Below, piece by piece: positions 19,597-29,912 of a DNA stretch of 64,000 nucleotides. The notes under the pieces are model-generated. The model was not told the DNA's origin and searched no databases. It saw nothing but the letters and a program-made list of their open reading frames with translations. Every line of letters begins with the position of its first letter. The first letter of the stretch is position 1. The position numbers were made by a program, and so were the translations under genes. Source of the stretch: an uncultured Candidatus Saccharibacteria bacterium (GTDB taxonomy: Bacteria > Patescibacteriota > Dojkabacteria > J137); contig CAYTGI010000005.1 of the NCBI GenBank assembly GCA_964437465.1, positions 5,203 through 69,202 on the forward strand, written 5' to 3'.

Positions 19597-19614
19597 TTAG
19601 TTAAGAATAATAAA

Positions 19615-20400
19615 TTAAAATGTCATTCTAGAGATAATTTCGTCAGCCTCATTCATATTAATTTCGCTATCTGCTGACCCTGAAATCTCAATATATCCTC
19701 TATCAACTCCTCCCTCAGTTAAATATCCAAGTTCGGAAAGTATTAAGCTTGTCTCTAGGCAGCCATCAGAAGCTTGAGCTGAGTTCTCATTAACAGACAG
19801 ATATTGATAATCAGGATTGTCGCTTGTAAGTATTCTGGATATATCATCAGTAATATCTGCTCTACTTTCAATCTCACAGCTAAATCCAAAAACACTTGAA
19901 GGAGCTGAAGGTATTACAGCATTCATTGTTAATTCTGTATCTTTTTCTATGTGGCTCAGAACGTGTAATTCTTCATTATCGCTAAGATCAGAAGTTAATT
20001 CCCATATACAATTATTGTATGAAAAAGTAAACTCTGGGAGTATAGTGCTTTCATATTGAATGTCATTACACTCTGTTTCATCATCAAAAAATTCACTAGT
20101 TTCGTTAGGTGGCAAGGTATTTTCATCATTATCTACTAAGTAAGAGTCATTTCCTTCTGCTTTACAATCTATTTCGGTACAAGCAACATCACCATCAGAA
20201 CAAGTACACGTATTGCATCCATCCCCTGCATTAAAACTTTCACTCGAATCGTACATTACACCATTATATTGGCATGAAGAAATAGGATTTGGTTTTAAGG
20301 CATCTTGGCTTTGTAGAATGTAGTAACCTAAAACAAGACTAATAATTACAAAGAATCCAGCGATAAGAGAGACAATTGTTAGTTGTGTTTGTTTATTCAT
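19615..20400 (-). CDS. Membrane-anchored pacifastin/vWC-like domain protein
   Basis: TM, then CQYNG...CNTCTCSDGDVACTEIDC. Confidence 0.8.
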   Translation of the reverse strand: MNKQTQLTIVSLIAGFFVIISLVLGYYILQSQDALKPNPISSCQYNGVMYDSSESFNAGDGCNTCTCSDGDVACTEIDCKAEGNDSYLVDNDENTLPPNETSEFFDDETECNDIQYESTILPEFTFSYNNCIWELTSDLSDNEELHVLSHIEKDTELTMNAVIPSAPSSVFGFSCEIESRADITDDISRILTSDNPDYQYLSVNENSAQASDGCLETSLILSELGYLTEGGVDRGYIEISGSADSEINMNEADEIISRMTF

Positions 20401-20402
20401 AA

Positions 20403-21254
20403 TTAAATTTTTGTGATAGTATTTAAAATTCCGAATTGTTTTAGAATATCATCAGTTTGAAGTTGTTGTTCAATAGCTTCTTCAAGAGAGGCAGCATCAG
20501 GTATGTTACCGAAGCAATCGTTATATCCTCCATCAATTCTGATAATTGCTACAATATCTTCATAAAGAGGATAATGGTATAAATTAGTTATAAAATTCCT
20601 ATACCCTTGATTAGGGTCCTCAAAGTCACATGGAACTCCTTCTCTGTTAGATCCTTTTATTGGAATTATTTCTTGATTATCAACTTCTACTATGGGTAAT
20701 TCCTCAGTTATGTCAGTTATCTTATATGCTCTTGTAAAAACATCTTCTTCAGTAAAAATATCCTCAGTTATTGAAATTTCTAAGCTGTACTTTACGTAAG
20801 TATCTCCATCTTCAGTCAGGTCAGTTTTAATCAGCCTTAGGAAATCCTCCTTCGGTTCTCCTTCAATCTCAAAGTCATCAGGATAAAAAAAACTAAAGCC
20901 TAATTCCTCCGATTCAAAGTAATTATTAAAAGTAAAAATGCTGCTTCCAATTGTGATTTCTTTTTCTTCTATAACCCCATTATGTTCCACTAAATAGCTG
21001 TCATTTTCTTCACTTTTACAATCAATCTCAGTACATATAACCTCACCATCTGCACAAACGCATTGATTACATCCATCCGCAGCGTTGAAACTCTCACTAG
21101 ACTCGTAAGTAACTCCATTATACTGACATGACGTAGGTCCATTATTTGTCTGCATGTCTTGCTCAATAACATTAAACCCAGCAAAAAGGGCTACACCGAT
21201 TGCAATTGTAACTATTACAACTACTGCGATTGTTGGTTTATCATATTTTGACAT
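20403..21254 (-). CDS. Membrane-anchored pacifastin/vWC-like domain protein
   Basis: TM, then CQYNG...CNQCVCADGEVICTEIDC; later an LGFSFFYP PsbP-like strand. Confidence 0.8.
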   Translation of the reverse strand: MSKYDKPTIAVVVIVTIAIGVALFAGFNVIEQDMQTNNGPTSCQYNGVTYESSESFNAADGCNQCVCADGEVICTEIDCKSEENDSYLVEHNGVIEEKEITIGSSIFTFNNYFESEELGFSFFYPDDFEIEGEPKEDFLRLIKTDLTEDGDTYVKYSLEISITEDIFTEEDVFTRAYKITDITEELPIVEVDNQEIIPIKGSNREGVPCDFEDPNQGYRNFITNLYHYPLYEDIVAIIRIDGGYNDCFGNIPDAASLEEAIEQQLQTDDILKQFGILNTITKI

Positions 21255-21342
21255 CTAGTTTATTCTTGATATCTACAGAATAATGAAAATGTAAAGTGAA
21301 ATCAATTCATTATATGTTTATAATGGTTGATATTTAAAACTA

Positions 21343-22623
21343 GTGCATTGGTTCATGAGATCAGGATTAATAATTAAAAGAAGAGAGATAATTGATAAAA
21401 ACTTTTTAAAGTATTTATATCCACTCTTTTTTATTTTATTTGCTGACAGTGTACTAACATATGCTTTTCCTATCATTGTTTTAGAAGAATTAGAATCTTC
21501 AACTACATTGGGTTTAATCATGGCCGCATCGTCTGTAATAGGGATTGTAATGGATTTGGTAATACCTAAGCTTTTTGCAAGATCAACTTGGCGTGAATTC
21601 TTGATGATAAGTATAGTATTGAGTATTCTTTATCCAGTCTTTATTTACTTAGGAACACTAAGTGCTCCAATACTATTTCTTTTATTAGGTTCAGTTGTCT
21701 GGGGTATTTACTTTGAGTTTTTATCATTTTCAGAGCAAGGTTACATAGTTGACGAAGAGCCTAAATCTGATTTTACAGGTGACTGGAGTGTGATTTACGT
21801 GTTATGGCAGGGAGGCTCATTATTAAGCCCTATCATTGGAGCTTTTCTTTTATCAATGAGTATACTGCACTTTTCTAGTGCAGTTGTTTCAATTCAATCT
21901 ATAGCATTAGTAATTTCTTATTTAGCGCTTGTAAAGTATGGGTCCAAAAAGAAAAAAAGAAAAATAATTAGAAGTCATTTTAGGGCGAGTTTGAAATTTA
22001 TTAATGAAGTAACGGTTTTTAGGCTTCTAAGTTCGAAAGTTTTTTCAGTTTTTTTAGTTAGTATTTTAGGAGGTATAATTCATGCATCATTTTGGACAAT
22101 TGGAGGTATTTACGGAGAGGAGCTTTTAGGAGGATCTAATAGAGGCTGGATTGTTCTTTTTATCTTTAATATGTCAATTTTATTAGGAACTACTTTCCTA
22201 ATTTACTTTCCTATTGATAAGCATAAAATGAAGATCGCTCAAGTTAGTTTGTTAATATCAACTATATTTATGATCCCAGTTTTTTTAGTTAGGGATATAA
22301 ATTTAATATTAATTTTAATTGCAGTTTTGAGTCTTTTCTCTTCCTTTGTTATTCCATTAACTAACTCCATCTTTTCTGATCTAGCAAATAGAAGCAATGA
22401 TTATGAAATTTACATTATGAGCATTTCTAGGATTGCAATATCTCTTGCTTACGTTATTGGACCTTTATTTGTTGGAATTATTGGGGATTTTTTCAACTAT
22501 GGTGAAGTTATAAGTATAACTGGGGCAATTCTTTTTCTTTTGACTATTTTTACAATCATCATTAACCCAAAGGCTATTAGGCTTCCAAGAAAAAAATTAG
22601 ATAAAATAATGATAAATCCTTGA
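21343..22623 (+). CDS. MFS transporter (start uncertain)
   Basis: About 12 TM segments; IGPLFVGIIGD. Confidence 0.8.
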   Translation: MHWFMRSGLIIKRREIIDKNFLKYLYPLFFILFADSVLTYAFPIIVLEELESSTTLGLIMAASSVIGIVMDLVIPKLFARSTWREFLMISIVLSILYPVFIYLGTLSAPILFLLLGSVVWGIYFEFLSFSEQGYIVDEEPKSDFTGDWSVIYVLWQGGSLLSPIIGAFLLSMSILHFSSAVVSIQSIALVISYLALVKYGSKKKKRKIIRSHFRASLKFINEVTVFRLLSSKVFSVFLVSILGGIIHASFWTIGGIYGEELLGGSNRGWIVLFIFNMSILLGTTFLIYFPIDKHKMKIAQVSLLISTIFMIPVFLVRDINLILILIAVLSLFSSFVIPLTNSIFSDLANRSNDYEIYIMSISRIAISLAYVIGPLFVGIIGDFFNYGEVISITGAILFLLTIFTIIINPKAIRLPRKKLDKIMINP

Positions 22624-22649
22624 CATAGTATACCCCCTGGGGGTATATT
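22620..22649 (+). promoter_or_regulatory. Sigma70 promoter overlapped by a CsoR-type operator
   Basis: TTGACA-N18-TATATT with the palindrome TATACCCCC-T-GGGGGTATA (22629-22647). Confidence 0.85.
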
Positions 22650-22654
22650 TAGGT

Positions 22655-22909
22655 ATGGATGATTGTAAGCAATTTCAGAATCAAATAAATAGGATTAAAG
22701 GACAGATGAACGGTATAGATAATATGATTAATGAAGGAAGGAACGTTAATGATGTTGTTCAACAGATTTCGGCGGTTAGAGCTGCTCTCTCAAGACTAGC
22801 AGTTGATCTTCTTAAAAATGAATCTAGTGAGTGTTTTAATAGCTCAGAGATTAAGAATAATCAGAAAAAATTTGAAGAGTTAGTAACTAACTTTTTTAAG
22901 ATAACTTAA
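22655..22909 (+). CDS. CsoR/RcnR family repressor
   Basis: RIKGQMNGI...QQISAVRAAL. Confidence 0.85.
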   Translation: MDDCKQFQNQINRIKGQMNGIDNMINEGRNVNDVVQQISAVRAALSRLAVDLLKNESSECFNSSEIKNNQKKFEELVTNFFKIT

Positions 22910-22926
22910 ATTTTATTATTTTCAAA

Positions 22927-23265
22927 ATGGATGACGATAAAGATTCAAAAATTGCTCACACAACTGATGCAGAATTCGATGACGCAATTGCTGAAGGGCT
23001 TACTTTAATTGATTTCTGGGCTCCATGGTGCGGACCTTGTCTAATGATTGCTCCTACTCTTGAAGAGATAGCCGAAGAGATGGAGGGAAAGTTAAATATT
23101 GTAAAGCTAAATGTTGATGATAATCCTGAAACTTCACCTAAATTTGGAGTGCAAGGAATTCCTACAATGATTTTGTTTAAAGATGGGAAATTAGTTGACC
23201 GTGTTGTTGGGGCAGTTCCTAAAGCTGCTTTAGTAGACATGATTGGGAAACATATTGAAGAGTAA
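22927..23265 (+). CDS. trxA: Thioredoxin
   Basis: DFWAPWCGPC and GIPT motifs. Confidence 0.95.
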   Translation: MDDDKDSKIAHTTDAEFDDAIAEGLTLIDFWAPWCGPCLMIAPTLEEIAEEMEGKLNIVKLNVDDNPETSPKFGVQGIPTMILFKDGKLVDRVVGAVPKAALVDMIGKHIEE

Positions 23266-23281
23266 TTATTAAAAAATAGAA

Positions 23282-24247
23282 ATGTCTGAAGAGAAGGGTT
23301 TAAAAGACAAAGTTCACGACCTGATTATTGTTGGGTCTGGTCCAGCTGGCTTAACTGCAGCTATTTATGCATCTAGAGCAAGATTAGATCCATTGCTTTT
23401 TGCTGGAGTAACATGGGGAGGTCAGTTAATGAATACAACTGAAGTTGAAAATTATCCAGGGTTTCCGGATGGTGTAGCTGGTCCTCAGTTGATGCAAGAT
23501 ATGCTTAAACAAGCAGAAAAATTTGGCACAATAATTGAATATGATAATGTAACAAAAGTAAGCATTGATGATAATGGAATTAAGAGGGTTAGGGTTAATG
23601 ATGAGGACTATAGAGCAAGATCAGTGATCTTTGCCACTGGTTCAGTGCCTAGAAAACTAGATATTCCTGGTGAAGATAAATACTACGGACAGGGAGTTTC
23701 AACCTGTGCTACTTGTGATGCTGCGTTTTATAAAGATAAGGTCGTAGCTGTTATCGGAGGTGGAGATACTGCAATGGAAGACTCTACTTTTTTAACTAGA
23801 TTTGCGAAAAAAGTGTACATTCTCCATAGAAGAGATGAGTTTAGGGCAAGTAAGATTATGGCTGAAAGAGCTTTAAAAAATGAGAAAATTGAAGTTCTTT
23901 GGAATACAGAGGTTAGAGAGGTTATTGGAGAGGATACTGTAAACAAGCTAAAGATTTACAATAATGTTGAAGATAAGGAGAGTGATCTTGAAGTTGATGG
24001 AATGTTCTTAGCTATTGGTCATGTTCCATCAACACAATTTCTGACAGATATTCTTGATTTAGATGACGAAGGTTATGTTAAAACTCACAAAGATGTTGAA
24101 ACTAACATACCGGGAGTTTTTGTTGCGGGTGAGATTCAAGACCATGTGTATAAGCAAGCTATAACTACTGCTTCAGATGGATGCAAGGCTGCATTGAAAG
24201 CTCAAAGATGGTTAGAAGGAAATGAGGAGATAAGAAATATCTGGTAA
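23282..24247 (+). CDS. trxB: Thioredoxin-disulfide reductase
   Basis: GSGPAGLTAA, CATCD, GGGDTA and HRRD motifs. Confidence 0.95.
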   Translation: MSEEKGLKDKVHDLIIVGSGPAGLTAAIYASRARLDPLLFAGVTWGGQLMNTTEVENYPGFPDGVAGPQLMQDMLKQAEKFGTIIEYDNVTKVSIDDNGIKRVRVNDEDYRARSVIFATGSVPRKLDIPGEDKYYGQGVSTCATCDAAFYKDKVVAVIGGGDTAMEDSTFLTRFAKKVYILHRRDEFRASKIMAERALKNEKIEVLWNTEVREVIGEDTVNKLKIYNNVEDKESDLEVDGMFLAIGHVPSTQFLTDILDLDDEGYVKTHKDVETNIPGVFVAGEIQDHVYKQAITTASDGCKAALKAQRWLEGNEEIRNIW

Positions 24248-24412
24248 TTGTATTTTAAAGATAGAAGGCTACATAAAAAATAGCATTTTCTGTTAGCAGT
24301 CTTAAAAGATATTTCACCTGCATTAATAAATAATTTTCATAAAAAATACTTTACAAAATTGTGTCATAGGAATATATTAACCACAATATATTGTATTTTT
24401 TTGTAATTTCTA

Positions 24413-24871
24413 ATGAAAACTATTGATATTTTTACTGATGCAGATCCATCTTTCATTAATAATCTTTCTCGATTTGTTAATGAAACAGGACCTACTTTAA
24501 ATGAATTACTTAATAAATTGGGTGTTGTTGACACTACAACAAGAGCATGTGTTCTTAGGGAGGTTTTAAGGGGAAGAGGAATAACGAACACTCGAGTTAT
24601 GGGGCTGGACACTCCTGGGGGTCACTTAGAATTTTTTCTTGGAATAACTAATGGAAACCAAGCAGTAGGTGGTGTTAGATGCAATAGTAAAGGTATCTAT
24701 TCACAAACAATGGGAGAAATAGTAGAAGAAAACGGATTCTCATCAATCTCGGACGTCGTTCCAGAAAGTGCTGAAATGATAGCTCACTTAAACAGTGGTG
24801 GAAAAGAAGGGTTCACAAGAATAGTAGGTTCTGTAAGGAGTGGAATTGGAGATCAATCAGGAGAAGCCTAA
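24413..24871 (+). CDS. Hypothetical protein
   Basis: 152-aa ORF; no motif. Confidence 0.55.
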   Translation: MKTIDIFTDADPSFINNLSRFVNETGPTLNELLNKLGVVDTTTRACVLREVLRGRGITNTRVMGLDTPGGHLEFFLGITNGNQAVGGVRCNSKGIYSQTMGEIVEENGFSSISDVVPESAEMIAHLNSGGKEGFTRIVGSVRSGIGDQSGEA

Positions 24872-26424
24872 TACTTCTCAATCCTAAATGCAATAATCTC
24901 ATCACCCTCCTCTAGTCCTTCGATTGCTGGGTTTAAAAGAAGTCCACATTCATTTCCTTTTTTTACTTCTTTTACTTCATTTTTCCCTTGTCTTACTGAA
25001 GTTACTTTTGCGGTTCCAATAATTTCATCACCTCGAACTGCTTTAACTTGATAACCTTTAACAAACTTACCATCAGTAACCTTACTTCCAGCTACTTGAT
25101 CTCCATTTGAAAGAGTGAAAATCTGTAGAATATTCGCTTTTGCTATCTCAATTTCCTCTTCTCTTGGTTGATCCATTGAGTCTAAAACTTCAGCAATTTC
25201 ATCTATAAGTTCGTAGATAATTTCATAGTGTCTTACAAGAATTTTATTCCTTCTTGCATTAGACATAATGTTGTTTGGTACATCTACTTGGAAACTAATT
25301 ACTATTCCTCCAGCTACTTTAGCCATGTTTAGATCATCCTCACTTACAGGACCAGTCCCACTTTGAAGAACTTTTACTTTTGATTCATCTGTTTCAAGTT
25401 TCTCAAGTTCGGTTATAACTGCTTCCATTGTTCCTTGAGTAGATGTTCTTAGAACAATATTTAATTCTTTCTGTTCTACTCCTTCATCAGCCTCTTGTTT
25501 CTCCATTAATAGCTGAGCGAAAAGCGATTCAGCATCTACTTCTTTTGTCTCAGGCTCATCTTCAGTAACTTCTCCTGATTTTAAATCTTCCATCAATTTT
25601 TTAGCTGCTTTTTCATCTTTAACAAAGTTAATAATTTCTCCTGTAGCTAAATCCTCATTCAATCCAATAACTGTAAAAGGTTGAGATTCATTAACTTCTT
25701 TTACTGGTTTTCCCTCCTCATTCATATATGCTCTAACTTTAAAAGTTGAGCTTCCAGTAGCACCAACTAATCTAGAATCTAAATGTCCAGATTTAAGAAT
25801 TGCTAATGCATTGTATCCTTGGTGTTTGTCTAAGCTAGATTCCATTACAAATGCTTCTGCAACTACCCCTTCCTTTGGTTCATGAGGTTTAAGTTCATTA
25901 ACTTCTGCCATTAACTCTATTCCTTCTAAAACTTCATCTAATCCTTTCTTTTCTTTTGCAGACATTTCAAAACACATTACATCTCCTCCATATTCTTCAA
26001 TCTGTACGTCAAAACTAGCTAGTTCCTGTTTGATTTTTTGAATTTGAACTCCTTCAAGGTCAACTTTATTTATTCCAACAATTATTGGAACATTATTTTT
26101 ATGAGCAAATTCAATTGATTCTTTAGTTTGAGGTTGAACTCCATCGTCAGCAGCTACCACTAATAATACAAAATCAGTAACTCTAGCTCCTCTTTCTCTC
26201 ATTTTTGAGAAAGCTTCGTGTCCTGGAGTATCGATAAAAGTAATTTTAAACCCATTTTTTGTTGTAACTTCATGTGCCCTAGTATTTTGAGTAATACCAC
26301 CATGTTCTTTTTCGGCAATTCGTGCATCTCTAATTGAATCTAGAAATGTAGTCTTTCCATGGTCAACGTGTCCCATTACCGCTACTATCGGTTGTCTTAT
26401 GTTCTTTTCTTCTTTTTTAGGCAT
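24868..26424 (-). CDS. infB: Translation initiation factor IF-2, short form without the N-terminal domain
   Basis: GHVDHGKT, GGITQ, DTPGHEAF and NKVD motifs. Confidence 0.96.
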   Translation of the reverse strand: MPKKEEKNIRQPIVAVMGHVDHGKTTFLDSIRDARIAEKEHGGITQNTRAHEVTTKNGFKITFIDTPGHEAFSKMRERGARVTDFVLLVVAADDGVQPQTKESIEFAHKNNVPIIVGINKVDLEGVQIQKIKQELASFDVQIEEYGGDVMCFEMSAKEKKGLDEVLEGIELMAEVNELKPHEPKEGVVAEAFVMESSLDKHQGYNALAILKSGHLDSRLVGATGSSTFKVRAYMNEEGKPVKEVNESQPFTVIGLNEDLATGEIINFVKDEKAAKKLMEDLKSGEVTEDEPETKEVDAESLFAQLLMEKQEADEGVEQKELNIVLRTSTQGTMEAVITELEKLETDESKVKVLQSGTGPVSEDDLNMAKVAGGIVISFQVDVPNNIMSNARRNKILVRHYEIIYELIDEIAEVLDSMDQPREEEIEIAKANILQIFTLSNGDQVAGSKVTDGKFVKGYQVKAVRGDEIIGTAKVTSVRQGKNEVKEVKKGNECGLLLNPAIEGLEEGDEIIAFRIEKY

Positions 26425-26558
26425 AGGAAAATTTGAAAAATTAAGTTACGACGTGATTTTATCATGAAATAGGGAATGATACTAAGTCCAAATGTAAATA
26501 TTGAGACTATTATCATCGCAGGAACATAGTTACCTAAGTACGGGTATAATGAGTTACG

Positions 26559-27947
26559 ATGAACATAGAGAATCTTAAGAAAATTGATATTTCGATAGTT
26601 ATTTGCGTTCTATTGCTTTGTGTAATAGGAGCTTTGAACGTTTTCTCAACAACATATTTCCCTGAGAAAGAAGCTTCAGGATTATTTTTTAACCAGCTGA
26701 TTTATTACGGAGTTGGTTTTATATTAATGATGGTAATCAGTTCAATAAACTTTAGCTTTTTGAACAGATTTTTTGTTCAGGTTATTGTTTTGATTGTGGC
26801 TGTAGGCTTATTGGTTGCTGTACTTTTTATAGGTGAGGAGGTTTTGGGTGCTACTAGGTGGATTAATATTGGAGGATTTACGATACAACCTTCGGAATTT
26901 GCAAAAATCGGAATGATTCTACTATCCTCATACATTTTAAGTTTTGAAAAACCTGTTAAAAAGTATAAAAATAGACTAATTAGCTTTTTCCTCAAGTACT
27001 TTGATTTGTTAAAAATCTTTGTATCTTTAGTTTTCCTAGGACTTTTTGTTGTTTTAATAATTAGTCAAAATTCTCTCGGTAATAGCTTGTTACTAATTGG
27101 TATCTGGGGAATTATCTTTATCTCTTATTTCCCATTTAACTTTAAATATATAGCTTTTGTTCTAAGCGCTGGATTGGGGATTTTCTTGTCGTTAAACATA
27201 CTATCTTTTTCAGGGGATTATTTACTCTCTAACAGTCTTAATATCTCATTATTAGGTTTAGGACTTTTTCTTTTAGTTATTTATACAATTGCAAAATTAA
27301 CCAAAGTTAAATTCTGGATGCTAATTTTAGTCTTTTTTTTAATGCTTCCAATAAGGTTTGGAGTTGAATACTCTTATGAAAATATTTTAAAAGACTATCA
27401 AAGAGTTCGTATAGAAACATTCTTAAATCCTGAATCAGACCAAGCAGCTAGCTGGAATAAAGATCAGGCAAGGATAGCCCTTGGATCAGGAAAGATTTTC
27501 GGTAAAGGTTTTTTAAAAGGAACTCATACAAACTATAAATTCTTGCCTTTTTCTTATAATGATTTTGCTTTTGCTTCACTAGGAGAACAATTCGGCTTCG
27601 TGGGACTTTTGACTGTTGTTTCATTATTTATTGTTTTACTGAATAGGATTGTAAATGTTGCTAGAGTGACTAAAAATCAATTCGGAAGGCTAATTGTTTT
27701 CGGCGTTTCAGGAATGATATTTCTTAATATGTTTCAGCATATGGGTATGAACGTTGGAATTTTACCAATTACAGGTGTACCTTTGCCTTTCGTAAGTTAC
27801 GGAGGTAGTGCTACTTTAGTTATGATGATGGGGATTGGGTTAGTTTTGTCTGTATCGGTTTATGGGGAGAGGTTTAGTAATGTAAGGAAACATGCACCTA
27901 AATATAAGGCGGTTAAGTCAAAAGTAAGACTAAATACTAAATCCTAA
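26559..27947 (+). CDS. rodA: SEDS family peptidoglycan glycosyltransferase RodA/FtsW
   Basis: GATRWI, QPSEFAK, GEQFGF and PITGVPLPFVSYGGS motifs. Confidence 0.9.
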   Translation: MNIENLKKIDISIVICVLLLCVIGALNVFSTTYFPEKEASGLFFNQLIYYGVGFILMMVISSINFSFLNRFFVQVIVLIVAVGLLVAVLFIGEEVLGATRWINIGGFTIQPSEFAKIGMILLSSYILSFEKPVKKYKNRLISFFLKYFDLLKIFVSLVFLGLFVVLIISQNSLGNSLLLIGIWGIIFISYFPFNFKYIAFVLSAGLGIFLSLNILSFSGDYLLSNSLNISLLGLGLFLLVIYTIAKLTKVKFWMLILVFFLMLPIRFGVEYSYENILKDYQRVRIETFLNPESDQAASWNKDQARIALGSGKIFGKGFLKGTHTNYKFLPFSYNDFAFASLGEQFGFVGLLTVVSLFIVLLNRIVNVARVTKNQFGRLIVFGVSGMIFLNMFQHMGMNVGILPITGVPLPFVSYGGSATLVMMMGIGLVLSVSVYGERFSNVRKHAPKYKAVKSKVRLNTKS

Positions 27948-27992
27948 AGGTATAAATTCTAAACAAACTACAATGATCAGAAGATAAAAGAA
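27930..27992. repeat. Heptamer-rich tract; imperfect direct repeat with 28697-28760 flanking TA cassette 1
   Basis: CTAAATACTAAATC...AAATTCTAAACAAA...AAGATAAAAGA. Confidence 0.65.
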
Positions 27993-28029
27993 ATTGAGCT
28001 ATCTGTAGAGTTGTTTGTGATTGCCGATA

Positions 28030-28308
28030 TCAATAAACATAATCATGGCCTCCAATAGTAAGAAGAAGCACAATATCATCACCGTCAAAGTCCCAAATTA
28101 TTCTAATATCTCCATTAATCCTTGAACTATAGACTTTTCCATAATTGGGTAAGTTCACTTTGTGTGTCTTTAAAGAATTATCGAACGGGTTTCTACTTAA
28201 TTTTTCAACTTTTGAATTTATTAGACTAAAAAGATATCAATTATTCCTGATGAGCTTTAGATATTCTCTCTTGTATTTTGAAGTTGGTAGTATTTTAATC
28301 CTCCTCAT
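28030..28308 (-). pseudogene. RelE/YafQ-like toxin with an in-frame TGA at codon 24
   Basis: MRRIKILPTSKYKREYLKLIRNN*YLFSLINSKVEKLSRNPFDNSLKTHKV...GDIRIIW...IGGHDYVY. Confidence 0.85.
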
Positions 28309-28609
28309 TGTCTACTTCCTCTAACATTTTTTCGTGAAATTCACGAATGTCTTGGGGAGTAGTTAGTGTCTCGTATTGTCCATTTTCGTAGTCTTCCCTA
28401 GCTTCTTTTACATCTTTTTCAAGCTTAGGGGTTCCGTACTCTACTGGAAGGTTTTTGGGGATTTTTATCCTGGAATATTCACGGTCTCTTTTAAGAGTAG
28501 ATAGAGCTAATTTAACGATCTCAGCTCGATCTAAACCTTCATAATGCTTTTCTAAAAAAGCGATTACTGGTTCTAGTTCTTTTGTTATTGTTACTCTAAT
28601 TGAACTCAT
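28295..28609 (-). CDS. Antitoxin (RHH/RelB-like)
   Basis: Upstream of and overlapping the toxin; acidic C-terminus; TTGACA-N18-CATAAT-N5-ATG. Confidence 0.7.
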   Translation of the reverse strand: MSSIRVTITKELEPVIAFLEKHYEGLDRAEIVKLALSTLKRDREYSRIKIPKNLPVEYGTPKLEKDVKEAREDYENGQYETLTTPQDIREFHEKMLEEVDNEED

Positions 28610-28696
28610 GGTTAATTATGGCACTAAGTGGTGGTAAATGTCAAATATTGTTAAATTATGTATGTTTCGGTACAAATAGTGTTATTTTGCAAATAT

Positions 28697-28781
28697 CTAA
28701 ATACTAAATCAGAAATTCTAAACAAATAAATAATAATTAAAAGACAAAAGACAAAAGACAAAAGACAAAGATAAAAGACAG
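28697..28781. repeat. Heptamer tandem repeats (CTAAATA-like, then AAAGACA x4-5)
   Basis: Direct inspection. Confidence 0.75.
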
Positions 28782-28854
28782 ATAATTAAGGTAATTAAGT
28801 ATGAAATTCTCAGATATTAATAATTTGCACTGAAAGCATGGGGAATTATAATTT

Positions 28855-28894
28855 ATTGGTACATTGGTACATTGGTACATTGGTACATTGGTAC
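28855..28894. repeat. (ATTGGTAC)x5
   Basis: Perfect octamer array abutting the toxin stop codon. Confidence 0.95.
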
Positions 28895-29155
28895 TTATTT
28901 ATAAATTTCCTCTAATTTCCCAATATTTAGAAAAATTATGTAGTTTTCTTTAATTCTAAAGAGAACAACAATTTCTTTGTAAATTACTACCTGGTAGAGG
29001 TCGAGTTTAAGGTAGGTAAACTCTGAAAGATCTATTTTTCCTTTTTTATCCGTAATTTCTTTTAGAAAATTATTGAATTGAGATTTAACTGATTTTTCCT
29101 CACTGACAGTTGTTTTGTAGTTTTTTACGAACAGGTAGCCGAAAACAATTTCCAC
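28895..29155 (-). CDS. RelE/YafQ-fold toxin-like protein
   Basis: MEIVF..FVKNYK...IIFLNIGKLEEIY; downstream of the antitoxin. Confidence 0.65.
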   Translation of the reverse strand: MEIVFGYLFVKNYKTTVSEEKSVKSQFNNFLKEITDKKGKIDLSEFTYLKLDLYQVVIYKEIVVLFRIKENYIIFLNIGKLEEIYK

Positions 29156-29158
29156 AGG

Positions 29159-29446
29159 TTATACAGATTTAAGGTACTCTATCGCGTCTTTACTGTTACT
29201 AAATAAAGGAATATCTCCATCTTTAACTTTTTTATAAGCTTCCTCGGAGTTTAAATAGTATTTCATAGCAGCTTCTTCACTAATCTCATTATTAAAACCA
29301 AAGCTTGTTTTCTTATTCTTGTAATTAGCGATAAAAACACGAACTAACTCTTGAAGGGAAGAGAATCCCTCCTCCTGAGCGAGTTTTTCAGCCTCATCTC
29401 TAAGGTTTTTCGGAAGTCGAACTTGAAGATTTACACCTACTGCCAT
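29159..29446 (-). CDS. RelB/DinJ-like antitoxin
   Basis: LQVRLPKNLRDEAEKLA RHH start; FSNSKDAIEYL end. Confidence 0.75.
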   Translation of the reverse strand: MAVGVNLQVRLPKNLRDEAEKLAQEEGFSSLQELVRVFIANYKNKKTSFGFNNEISEEAAMKYYLNSEEAYKKVKDGDIPLFSNSKDAIEYLKSV

Positions 29447-29506
29447 GAATGTAATTTAATATTTATATTACAATTGTAACAGTTTGGTAATAAAAGATAA
29501 AGTATT

Positions 29507-29554
29507 CATGTATATATGTATACACGTAGACATGTAAACACGTATGCGCGTATG
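29507..29554. repeat. Degenerate octamer tandem repeat (CAYGTANA-like)
   Basis: CATGTATA TATGTATA CACGTAGA CATGTAAA CACGTATG CGCGTATG. Confidence 0.7.
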
Positions 29555-29632
29555 AAAAGATTTTGACTTAAAAATACTAAAGAAACATTATTAGTTGGTG
29601 AGTTGGTACTTAGGTAGGAGAATATGAGTTCT

Positions 29633-29912
29633 TTAATTATTATACACCTGGTTATGAGTACCAACTGCAAGAAAAATGTAACTATCTTTTGTTTCTTTAA
29701 ATATAATTCGTAAGTCAGAATTAATGAAGCCTATGGACTCAAGTCCAAGCATGTTACCATGCAGCTTGTGGCGATAAATTGCTATATGAAAAGGATCATC
29801 TTCAAAAAATTCGTAATAAGTTAAGAAACTCATTTTTAAAAGTTTGATTAAAGCGGATTCTATTCTTATAGTTCTTTCTGAATGTTTTACTAAAGACGAT
29901 CTTTTTAGTCAT
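29633..29912 (-). pseudogene. YafQ/RelE-like toxin, frameshifted in a T6 run near 29806
   Basis: MTKKIVFSKTFRKNYKNRI...LLRIF / EDDPFH...HKLHG...DLRIIF...VGTHNQVY. Confidence 0.75.

Noticed and set aside
28237-28239. In-frame TGA as evidence of genetic code 25
   Set aside because: Other genes end in TGA (e.g. 3490, 22623), long genes contain none, and another toxin is broken by TAA
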